Origin: Cercozoa sp. M6MM
Lineage: Eukaryota > Protista > Endomyxa: Ascetosporea
Assembly: GCA_040357565.1 (NCBI GenBank)
Contig: JBDODJ010000078.1
Length of the DNA: 49,797 bases
Direction: 5' to 3' (one strand)
Shown: positions 1-10,808 of the stretch, in pieces
Layout of the letters: every line of letters starts with the position of its first letter
Position numbering within the stretch: position 1 is the stretch's first letter
Notes under the pieces: generated by a model
What the model was told of the DNA's origin: nothing
Databases searched by the model: none
The model's input: the letters and a program-made list of their open reading frames with translations, nothing else
Translations under genes and position numbers: made by a program

Positions 1-15
1 ACACACACACACACA

Positions 16-69
<54 letters not shown>
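1..69. repeat. (AC)n microsatellite at the window edge
   Basis: Near-perfect AC dinucleotide run, directly visible. Confidence 0.98.
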
Positions 70-70
<1 letters not shown>

Positions 71-963
71 TTAAAACTGAAGCAGTACCACTTCACTCAG
101 GTCCAATCTGAAGTCGCGAACGACATCAGCCTCTCGGAAACAATGCTCAGTGAACAGTTTCGCCGCCTGAGTGACGCGATCGATCAGCTCGGCCATGTGC
201 TTCGATCGCAGTTGCCTTCCCTTGTGCGACGTGTGCAATCGAACGAGTGAGCAAGCCACCGCCACTGCCGCACGCTCCATTGAACTCTTGCACAACTGTC
301 TTTCTTGTGCCTGTGTTACATTTGACTCAACTCAGTTTTTGTACGTATACAGTACTGAAGTGAAACAGACCACGTCAAATGCGCGGAACAAAAGTGCAAC
401 TTTCGACGTAAACGACGAGCGACTTAGCGCAATCGCTAAAGCAAAGATGTCCAGTACGTTAACGCAACTGCGCTGACACTCGAGTTTCCATCGTTTCTTC
501 AGCAGCTCTCGCAACTGCTGCAGCCGCTTGGGATCAAAGTGGCAGTCCCACGAGCTTTCCACAATGTCCAGCGTTGAACTGAAGCCGCGCTGCACAACCC
601 ATCATCAAATCTGATTTCTTGGTTTACACAGGATTACACAAGAACACACCAAAGTTTGCTGCTGTTCGAACCGATTCCACACCTCCTCGAGTTCTTGCTT
701 CCCAGGCTGTGCACACGCAATCAGATGATGTTCTCAACGACTGAGACCCTCTTTCAGGAGCAGTACGGGAGCGCTTTCCGTTAAAAACTGCACATCTGGT
801 GGCAGTTCGATATGAGCGAGAACGTTGCCCATAAGCACCGACAAGCGCAGTTGCAGGTGGTGATTGCAAGTTTAAATACACCGTCTTGATCATCCGAGAA
901 ACGCAGCTCTCAAAAAAAGAAAACTTAGCACAGTAGGTGCTTGTGTTCAGGCGTGTGGTCCAT
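71..963 (-). CDS. Degenerate EF-hand protein (calcineurin-B/NCS-like), spliced; 3' end uncertain
   Basis: Removing GT-AG intron 311-370 gives KVALLFRAFDV-AQERQLCKSSM ... CFREADVVRDFRLDLSE, two EF-hand-like helix-loop motifs with degenerate Ca ligands. ATG at 963 is tentative. Confidence 0.55.
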
Positions 964-997
964 TGAGACCAATTCAAACGGAGCTTAGTTTAACTTT

Positions 998-2935
998 CTA
1001 GTTGTTCACGTCATAGTCTGCGTCGTCGTTGTCTATCGCAGTGGACAGGTCGAGTGCTTGGAAGCCGTTGGTGGTCAATACCAGTTCTGCGTCAACAAAC
1101 ACCACTCATTAGCAACAGTGCACCACTGTGACTGCAAAATGGTACCGGCATCGTTCGCGTTCGTTCGCAGCACTTGCGCGTGGTCGCTCTTTCTCGTGAC
1201 CAAGCTGATCATGTCGTGCAGCATTTTCTACTCTCATAATCAGTCAGTGTCAGTTCTTTAGTTTAGTCTACTTCAGCAAAGTGACTTACGTGCAGAACGT
1301 GCACATGGGTCGATGTTCGGTATTTCGTCGACGGATCAGAGTTGATCTACGTCGTAAGAAATAAGATACAAGTAAATTTACAGTCAGTACAGCAAATAGA
1401 TGTAAGTTTTACCTCCAGCAAGACAAGTTTCAAATCGTCGGTGACCAGGAGATCAAATCCAAGCAACTTGAAGCACGCCTTGCAGTCGAACAAAGCCAGG
1501 TGAGGCACCACACGTCGAACGGTATCAGCGAGTACTGCACGCAATCGTGTCGCAACTGTCTGCGCCGCAACTTCACCTCTCTCTTCTTCTATCGCTGTGA
1601 GAACCTTGTCGAAAGGAACGGTCAGTGGTTCCTGTTTCAGTGTCGGTCAGTTGTAAATTTAATCTGCATCCACCAGAGAATTCTATTCCTTGAATGGCTG
1701 CACTGCCTGCACTGTACCAAGTCATTGTCCAAAACTTGAAAGGCAGAGTTCGTCACGTGCTGCTTCTTTCGTTCGTAGTTATTGTTGCGACCTTTCTGTG
1801 CAACTCATTGATCAGTTTTCTTTTGTAAAAATGCCAACTGAAAGCGTTTAGCACCGCAAAATAATCGCCTTGGTACTCGCCGGGACTGAAGCGCGTCAGA
1901 ATGCGCTGGTGCACGTATGAACTAACGCCAGTCTCCTTGATGTTGTCGAACAAAACATAGACTCTCAAGTCAAACTTCCGACGTTTAAAACTCTCCAGCA
2001 GGATCACATTTCGTCTGTTTTACATGTAAGTTTAAACTTAGCACCAGGGTACGCCAATCAACCTGTCGTACGAAAAAGAAACGCTTACACAAATAATTGG
2101 CAGGTACAGTGTCGGCGCGACTTATCTACGGGAAAGTGGGCCACCATCTCCACAATGGTGATACAATTCCTGCCGACCGCGAACCGCCGTTGGGCTTGCA
2201 AATCAGAACAGTTTCATTGAACGGGACGAATTCACGACTTATTCGTCTGTTCGAAGCCATTGTCTGTCTGTCGAAAGAATCAAGCCAGTTACACACTCAG
2301 TTTTGGGTTTTTCCCAAGGTTAACTGATCTTACTTTACTGCAGCGAAGTCGTCGTCGTTCGACATTACGAAACTCTTGGGAACTATCGAAGTTTTTCAAT
2401 GGTTGCAACCATAAACAATGTAACTTTAAAGTAGATCGTTTACCATATGGTGCACTTCCAAGGATACGTGTAAACTCATTCTTTCGGCCAATCTATGCAG
2501 GATACGATGCACGAAAAACTCGACAAGAGTGTATCAAAACAGAAACTTAATTTTATATTACAAGCAGGTTGTTATGCAGGTAGCTTCATCTCCCTTGTTC
2601 TAGTTTGAAGCACAATAACCTTAAGAATACGTCGAATTACCTTTTTCAAGCGCGCCTGCAATTCCCTGCCGTCGATTATACCTTTCGGGAACAACTGTCA
2701 GATGCACAACTTCGTGCTCCGTCTCTGCTTCTTTCCATCCTCGTGACAGGAGTACGAATGCGAGTTCTTTTCCCCAACCGTCTTCGGCGCGAGCCTTTCC
2801 CTGTCGAGAAGCAATTCGAAACACGTGCTCTGTTTTTGTGATGACCTGTGCTTGCCCATTCGAGCCCGAATTCGAGGCGATGCACGTGCCAAAAAGGCAC
2901 AAGAAGAGTGACAAAGCACAGAAAAGTGATCGCAT
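998..2935 (-). CDS. Tubulin-tyrosine ligase-like (TTL/TTLL, ATP-grasp) protein with N-terminal signal peptide, multi-exon
   Basis: Spliced motifs in family order: IGRKNEF, PKSFVM, ICKPNGGSRSAGI, CQLFV-RNVILL-RKFDLRVYV, RFSPGEY, HVTNSA, CFKLLGFDLLVTDDLKLVLLE-INSDP. Exon 1 begins MRSLFCALSLFLCLFGTCIA; its link to exon 2 is the least certain junction. Confidence 0.85.
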
Positions 2936-3058
2936 CTATTCACGTTCACTAACACGCACAATCACGGGCTTAACGCCTTCCGTAACTTTACATCGTTCAG
3001 ATATTCGGGGACAACCGCGCGGATTCAAAAAGTTACTCCTGTAAAGTCGGACACATGA

Positions 3059-6000
3059 TCACTTGAGAGTCAGTTGAAAAACGGCGAGGGACGCAATTAT
3101 GGCCAAGACAACAGCGAAGTCGCGGTAGTACAGCTGCAGCGTGTTTCCCTGCGGAAGTCGTCGCTGTCGGGGCGACGTCGAACCTTGTGGACAGAACCAA
3201 CCGTCCTCACAGCGCTGCATGCAGGGTCGCGTGCTGCCCTCCAGTCCTGCAGGAGGTTGCGTTACAGTCAAGCAAAATCAAAAGCAAAAAAGTAAATTCT
3301 CTGGACCAGAGTAGCGACCAGAGCGACAGGGTGTGCACTGCGAGGCACCCTCAGTGTCGCTGTAGAAACCGGCAGGACACAGGATGCACCTTGGTTCCAC
3401 ACCTTGCGAGATACGCAGTGGATCCAGGAAGCTGCCCGGTGGACACGTGCCTGCGATCACACATGCATCAACCCAAATTCTATTGGGCAGTAAGTGCAAA
3501 ATACCACAGAGGTTAGGCGACGAGCCTCCTGTGAATGGGAAGAAACGGCCGGCTGGACACGTCGTACCTGCGGAAGACAGATATCATATGATATCTGGGT
3601 AGCGCAAGGTGAGATAGAAACGACATACAAGTGGCACTGCCAGGTATTGCAGCGTAGGTGTTGACTGGACACTCCTGACATGTGCTAGCCTCTGTTGCAC
3701 CAGTTGCTGCACTGAAACGACCGAGCGGACACTTCTCGCACGGGTCTCGCAGCGCTCGTGTCACGTTGTATGTCCCGGGAGGGCAGGTCTGCGAGCACTT
3801 GTCGACGCCTATCGACCGGTCGCGTATCGTTGTTGGTAGAGCGAAATCTGGCCAGCTGCGCAAGCCTCCGCAGGGGTCGCACTGCGCCGGGTCATTCGCG
3901 CTGTATTGTCCTGACACCCCAAGACAACAACTGCTGCATTAGCCACCTGCACCGAGGGATACACAAGTGTGAGTACCCGGAGCACAGCCGTCGAAACAGG
4001 TGAAACTGCCAGCTCCAGAAATACGTCCTGGTGCACACGCTATCTGCCGAGGGTCGGTCGAGTTTGGTGGACAGAAGTACAAGGGCAGACAGGGACCGAC
4101 ACATGCATCGGTTTGCGTTCCATTTCGGTCCGAGTATCTGCCGGCAGGACACGGAAACTGCGTTGCAGATACTGAACCGGCCGGGCAGTAGAACCCAGGC
4201 TGGCAGTCGCCTGTGTGACATTAGTCACAGAAGTGTATACCTCAATGTAAGAAACATAATACCTTCGCACTGAGGCAATACTTCCCCCGGCATGGAACCA
4301 AAGCGACCCGGTGGACACAGAGTCAGGAGTGGGTTGCTCGTTTCGCCCAAACAAAAGGATCCGGGTGGACATTCGCCGGTGCAGTTCTCGTTGGAGAGAC
4401 GCGGCGAGTCGCCGAAGCGACCGCTCGGACACGGAAGACAAGTGAAGCGATCAGTTTCGTCGGGGTTCGAGTATCGACCAGGTGCACAGTCGTCGCAGCT
4501 TGCCTGTTCCAGTAGCAGTTTGTTGGTGTCCACAATATGCACTTGCTTGCACCCTTTTCCTTACCTGGGTGAGACCTAAACTCGTTCCTGGTGGACAGAA
4601 GGAACAACCTTCTGTTCCCGGTAGGCCCACCTTGCCGATGGGACACCTCACACGTGTTCCATTGCCCGGACACTGGTAGCCGGCTGCCCCACGGAAACAA
4701 GCATACCAGAGATACACATCAAACTAGAGATGATAAGAGTACGTGGGCAACTGAAGCAATCTTCTTTTCGAGTGGTTCCTGGATTCGACCAGCGTCCAGC
4801 AGGACAAAGCACGTTTTCGGCATCCCATGGCATCGTGTTTTCGCCACAGAACTCACCTAACATTGTGTTGCGGGTCGGTCTCCTTCATTGCCAAACCGTA
4901 TCAAGTACCTTCTCTGCATGTGATGCAACCGTCGACAAAGTTCTCGACGCGTTGTCCTGCTTCGCAAAAGACGCAAACATTCGCCGCGCCGCCGTCGGAC
5001 AGACCTGAGCTAGACGGAATGAAAGTGACAACGTCGTCGCTTTCTTCTGCCAGTGCAGGAAGCCACTCCGGGAAACAGCGGAACGGATTGTTTTGAAGCG
5101 AGAACTGCGTCACTCGTGTCGGAGGCTTTGCTACCTCTGCCAGCATGGCTGGTGTCAGCATGTCGAATCTGCACACTCAAACAACTCGGTCTATCTTCAA
5201 AAAGAAACACAGCACCGAATCAGCTGAATTCACCGGTTTGAACTGAAATCGATTCGTTGCACTTCACAAAGAAAGAGCGTGAAGTTCGCCGAGACTGAGC
5301 TGGCGTCCAACATGTTGTTCGCAAGCGACAACGTCGACAGAAAAAAGAGTCCTCGAAAGTCGTTTTCGCCAACGTTTCGGATCAGGTTGAACGACAGGTC
5401 CAAGTGCCGGAGGAATGTAAGGTCTCGGTTCAACGACCCACTCCAGGTCGCTAAGCCGAGGCCTCTGATGCTCAATGACTCCAAGTAGGACCCACTCACT
5501 GTACACAAGAAAACACCAGAGGTAAAAATACAGCGCGATTTAGCACCTCTGCGTATTACCTCTTCGACCAAAGCTGGGATTTCGCGACATCAAACTGAAC
5601 ATATCACCAGGTAGCACCATTGGTGCGAACATTTGGGTTCCGTAGTTCGGGAGAAGTGTCAAGTCCTGAGATACAATACACATTGAGCAGCCAAATAGAA
5701 CACGACGTGTAAGCGAAAGGAAGAAGTACGAATTCTTCAGCAACGAGAGGAGTCGACTCTCCGCGCAGGGCAGGATTGCGAATGATATCGCTGAGTGTCA
5801 GCACCATCGCAGAGGCACCTGTCATTGAGTCCTGAGCTGCGAGAGAGTTCTGTCTGACAATGCCGGTGTCTGCATTCAACAAACGTAGCGCACGCAAGCG
5901 CACACCGCGAAAGTGCTCTCGATTCAGTGCGCCAAGTCCTGTTGTGTCGAGCCACATCTCCAGTTCCTGCACGGACTGCGCGAGCGACTGCAAAAACGCC

Positions 6001-7571
6001 GTCGGAACTGTACCCAGCTTGCTCACCGAAAGAGCTTGCACTTGCGTTCCGCTCGATGCCAGGAAGTTAAAGTCCGCCACGTCGTTGCCCACCAAGACCT
6101 GCTTGAAAGAAGTAAATTGTAAACTTACTGTACAGTGAAGGAACCTGAGAGAGTGACACACCAGTTTTTGCAGGGTTCCGACCACATCGGTGAGAAAGTC
6201 GGACGGGATCATGCGCAAGCGATTGTAGCCGAGGTCAATGATTTGCATCACTTGGCGTGCACTTGCTCCCTGTGTACACATGATATCGTATGGTACACCG
6301 ACACAGACATGGATGAGTAACAGCTTCAACTACGGGCATAGCGAGCATGTCGCGAGGCACGCTTGCGAGCTCGTTGCCAAACAGCGAGAGTTGCGTCAGT
6401 CGAGGCAGATTGGCGAAAGTAGCTGCCCCAATGGCGTCGATCTTGTTGCGACTGAGATCGATCGACTGCAGTCCCCTGTTGCGCGCAAAAGAGGCAGCGT
6501 CGACCGAAGTGATTTTGTTGCGTGTCAGAGAAAGCGACTGCAAGCTTTGCAACTTGCCGACAAACTCTGGCACTCGATCGATGAGATTGTTGCCGAGCGA
6601 CAGGGCACTTATCGTGAAGGCATCGTCCAAGAGATCGCTAGGCAGATCTTGCAACTCTGCGTTGGCCAGCACGATCGAGTTGATCAAGAAAAAGTGCGCC
6701 AGAGCAAACTGCTCTCGCAATAATCGCGGCCGCTTCACTGCGCTGATGTATTCGACGCTTGTGATCGTGGCACTTCCCGGTGTGCTTGGGTCCTCTGTCA
6801 CCTGCACTTGCCATCCCGGACATCTCTTCCTGCGTTCTGCGTCTGCAGTCAGTAAATTCCATCCATGCAACGTATTTACATTTGTGCTATCTCAAGGGGT
6901 ACAGCATACTTACCATCGACTTTCACATCGAAGGCAGAGCAGGGGCACGTCGGGGAGCCGTCCTCTTGCGCAGTGCATGGCGTCTTAAACACGGAGCGCA
7001 CGCCTCTCCTCCTCTCCCACAGTACCATGGAGGTATGGAACACAAAGACGGCTGAAACACTCGCAGTTGTTCGTGCATTGGTGACTGAGTCTGCTCTGTT
7101 TACTTGCTTGTCTTCGGGGGTCGGGTCACCGGGCATCCCGGTCTGTGCGACATCCACGAATATGTACGCGCTGCATTCGGGTATCAGTCGGCAACATTCG
7201 TCTGCTCGGTTCACCCACGTCACGAACACACTGGAGGCAACACCTCTCGTTCCCAGGTATGGTACAAATTCGTCAATCACCCATGTGCCTGCCTCAGTTA
7301 TAATATGAACGGTTTTTGAAGTCCGAAAGTCCAGGTACCAGGCAGAAAATCTTGACCCGTCGTTGCAACTAGACTTGTTCCCCGTGGCGATGCCGTGAGT
7401 TGGGAACAACGTTGCCTGACTCGCAAATCTGCGGTCCCCCTGTTCCTCACTGTCTGCGCTGCTTGACACAACACCGAACCATCACTATTTAACTGGCAAC
7501 TGAACTTTCTGTGATGAGACAAATTTAGTACCAGCAACCAGCACGAGAAATGCTAACAACACCAGGCTCAT
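3059..7571 (-). CDS. Large cell-surface protein: signal peptide, PAN/apple-like Cys segment, many LRRs, tandem GCC2-GCC3/ephrin-receptor-like Cys repeats, C-terminal hydrophobic anchor
   Basis: LRRs LQSLSLTRNKIT, LQSIDLSRNKID, LTQLSLFGNEL, LRHLDLSFNLI; LRR C-cap SLQNNPFRC; repeats such as CEKCPLGRFSAATGATEASTCQECP and CILCPAGFYSDTEGASQCTPC; C-terminus DFAVVLAIIASLAVFQLTLK*; N-terminus MSLVLLAFLVL. Confidence 0.85.
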
Positions 7572-7915
7572 TAAAATCCCATTCTTTCAGCCTCTTAGAT
7601 GACAGTTTCTCTTTGAAACTGGCGCGACGGATATGTGAAAGTCTCATTTTGCTGCATCCAGGCGGATTCTCAGTCTGTCAGCGTATTCACGATTCAGTTG
7701 AAAACAAAAGGCTGGATAAGCAGCACGTATTGCAATCCGCAGTGACGTAGAGACACCAAATCCCCATGCTTCGGCTCTAAAGACGGCGATTTCGCTTTGT
7801 CCAACGAAAAGGAACACCATGACCGAATCTGCAAAAGCGTTTCGCCCTTAAAGCTGTTCGACGCTGACCTGTGAAGGTCACATCGGAGAACTCAAGGATA
7901 TATTTCCCTTGGAGC

Positions 7916-10759
7916 ATGGTGTTTCTAGCGCTTGTGTGGGCGTGTTTGGCGCTAGTAGGCCCGATTCTGGCCCAGGAGGAGGAAGGCGAAGAAGATTCAT
8001 TTGGCGGCGACGGGCCGTTAATCCAGTACACGGAGCCCGTTCTACTTCGCACCCCGCATCCTTACACCAAGGAAGACTCCAACCGCACTTGGAAGCTGTG
8101 CCGAATGGGTGCGAAGTTTGTCCGCCTGCACTTCAGCTTCTTCTCGCTTCACCACGATGATTACGTGGAGTTTACAGATCCAAAAGGGGGATCTTCGTCG
8201 CGTATCTACGGATCTGAGAGGTTCGGCGATGTCTGGGGTTTTACGGTTTTCGGAGACACCATTGTGATGAGATTGCACGTCGCAGAGAACTCGACGGGGG
8301 CATTCGGTTTCCTTGCGGAGGAATTTGCGTTTGCCCTTGCCTCAAACAGCAGCGATGGAGGTAAACGCGCAATTTGTGGTTGTGCGTGTTATTCTCTTTC
8401 GCATGGTAAAGTTTAGAAGAAGGTTTGGAAATCTTACTGTCAAAAGAAACGAATCCGGATGACGAAGAATGCGTCATTAGTCCGCCGCTCGGCTACTTGC
8501 CAGAAACGACGACACACGACGCCACATTGTCCTCAAATTGCACGGACTCCTTTAATTGCAAGTGCATCACGCAGGAGGAATTTGATACTCTGGTGGAAAA
8601 GCAAGCAAAAAGACGTGCCAAGAACATTCCGTCCGACCAAATGCTGCTTGAGCAAGAGGAATATCACGACGTAATTCAGCCGAACAGTGTCTGTGGAGAG
8701 AATGGCTGGGTAGACGCGATGTGTGAACGCGACATCGCTTCCGATTTATTGTCGTCCCAACAGTTTCAAGCGGCTCGTGATGCGGTAGCGTGGACGAACA
8801 CTGCGAGTGTTGCACAGTGCACAGCCACAAAGGTGGGCGATGGACTTGAGTACGGAGTCTGGATGACTAACAACCACTGCTTTTCGACCACTCACTCTGC
8901 TCGCAATACCGAAGTACGACTCCAGTACAGGCTGCCTGGCTGCACTGGAGAGGGAGGAATTAACGTGCACCACGCATGGGCTGAGCGCGTGCTTTATACG
9001 TCAATGCCGTACGATGTGACGTTCTTTACAGTGGCCTCGAGTGCGAGCGAGACAATGAACGAGTTGACACGCAACGCACCCTGCGTGCCAATTGACCCCA
9101 AACGGTTGCAATCAGGAGAGTCGATCTACATCCTCCACCATCCGGGTGGCGCTCCACTCAAGCTCTCGTACTATGATGATGTGCACGGTGACGACTGTCG
9201 AATCGAAGACGCGGATGCCGCGGGTCGCGTTGGAGAAACCGACATTTCCTATTGGTGCGATACGCGAGAGGGTTCAAGCGGCTCTCCTGTGCTAGATCGT
9301 AGTGACCACTCCATTGTTGCTCTGCACCACTGGGGTGGATGTCCCAATCGCGCTGTCGAACTGCAGCAAGCACTTGCACCGATAATCGACACGGTTGATG
9401 AAGAGAGCGGCTTGACGTTCCGTGAGCTGCTCTCCTGTCGCGGACACGAGCCAGAGCTTTCAAACAGCGAAGTGGACTGTTTGGGGTCATGGTCGGGCTG
9501 GCAGTGCCAAGTGTTCGATTGCATTGAAAGACGGACCTACAAGGTGTATCAACCTGCATCAAAGGGAGGCAGGGAGTGCGAGCGGGAAGATGGCGCAGTC
9601 GAGACCCGTGAGTGCCCGAATCCCGAACAGCAGTGCGTGAACATGCCCGAGAGTTCTCGAGTACGATACAAAATCAAGGTAACCACGCGCGACTTGTCCG
9701 TTGCAGGCTCGAGGTCGGTGACGTTCGCGCGGTTAATCGGGCGCTACGAGGAGAGTGATGAACTCCTTCTTGGTTTCGACTTTCCTCCTGGTTCCACGCG
9801 ACAACGCGACCTGCAGATCCCGCGTGTACGCGAACTTGTTGAGGTCGAACTTGTGCTAGACGGAACAGACGAATGGATCGTGGGTATGATCGAGATAGCC
9901 GAGGTGTCACCCGAAGGCGATGTGCTGCGTAGTTACTCGAGTGGAACCATCAATGTCGTGCTACACAGAGACCCGCGGGGCGGCAGTACTTCCACAGCTC
10001 GCGTGCCTCTTCGTGCAGCCGGAAAGGAATCCTTCTCTCGTAGTCGGCCACCGGACAACAACAAAGCTCCACCCAATGTCACTCTTGCTCCTGCTCAAGA
10101 AATCAAACAAGGTGAGACAAAGATGACGGCAGGTATGGCAAAACTCCGTATGTTTTAATCTCATCATTCGACTGTTTACTCTTTGTGTAGTGAAGAAAAA
10201 GGTCAAGTACAGGATCACCTGTGACAACGAAGACTGGAAGCAGTTCAACTGGAAGAGCGAGCTGTGTCAGTCGCCCTTCAAAGACAAGACCTGGGACGCA
10301 GCCATGAATCACTTTGAGCGACACATGAAGCAAAATCTACAGCGTCGTGTTCAAGTCAACACTGACCCGTCGCTCGGCACGAGTATCCGTGTGCTGGCTC
10401 TCCACTCGCCGCGACTTCCGTCCTCTTGGCGCTCTGTTGTAGGCTTTCTCGGTTCCGACGGCAGGCTGCGATGCCACTCCGAGAATCCTGACTACCCTTG
10501 GCGAGTGCAGCAACTCCGGAAGTCGGAATCAGAGCTCAAAGAAGGCGTATGCGAAGCAGAGCTGACACTAACGATTCCGTGGAGCTCGGTGACGCGCTGT
10601 TTCGACGAAGACTTTGAAGACGACGGTATCTCTGACTTGCGCGGCACTTTCGTGTGGCTTCTTGCTGACTGCGCCGATGGCACTGTGCAAGCACGCGTCG
10701 ATCTTCAGATTCACTTGTCGTTTGGAGCTGAACTTGAATTCGTGAGTAAACAGACGTGA
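7916..10759 (+). CDS. Secreted trypsin-like (clan PA) serine protease: signal peptide, CUB-like domain, protease, TSP1, PLAT/LH2, unknown C-terminal domain
   Basis: Signal MVFLALVWACLALVGPILA; CUB-like GAKFVRLHFSFFSLHHDDYVEF; triad TNNHC / YDVTFF / DTREGSSGSPV; TSP1-like DCLGSWSGWQC...GGRECE; PLAT RYKIKVTTRDLSVAGS...DEWIVGMIEI; introns near 8361-8416 and 10133-10190. Confidence 0.88.
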
Positions 10760-10808
10760 GTTCATTGCGTTTCCAGTATTTGCGCTCGGATAAAATCTAA
10801 ACACACTT

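Noticed and set aside
2586-2588. In-frame TGA (and TAA near 22962) as stop-codon reassignment or selenocysteine
   Set aside because: Alternative AG acceptors avoid both; TAA, TAG and TGA all end predicted genes in this window, and Trp is encoded by TGG throughout.
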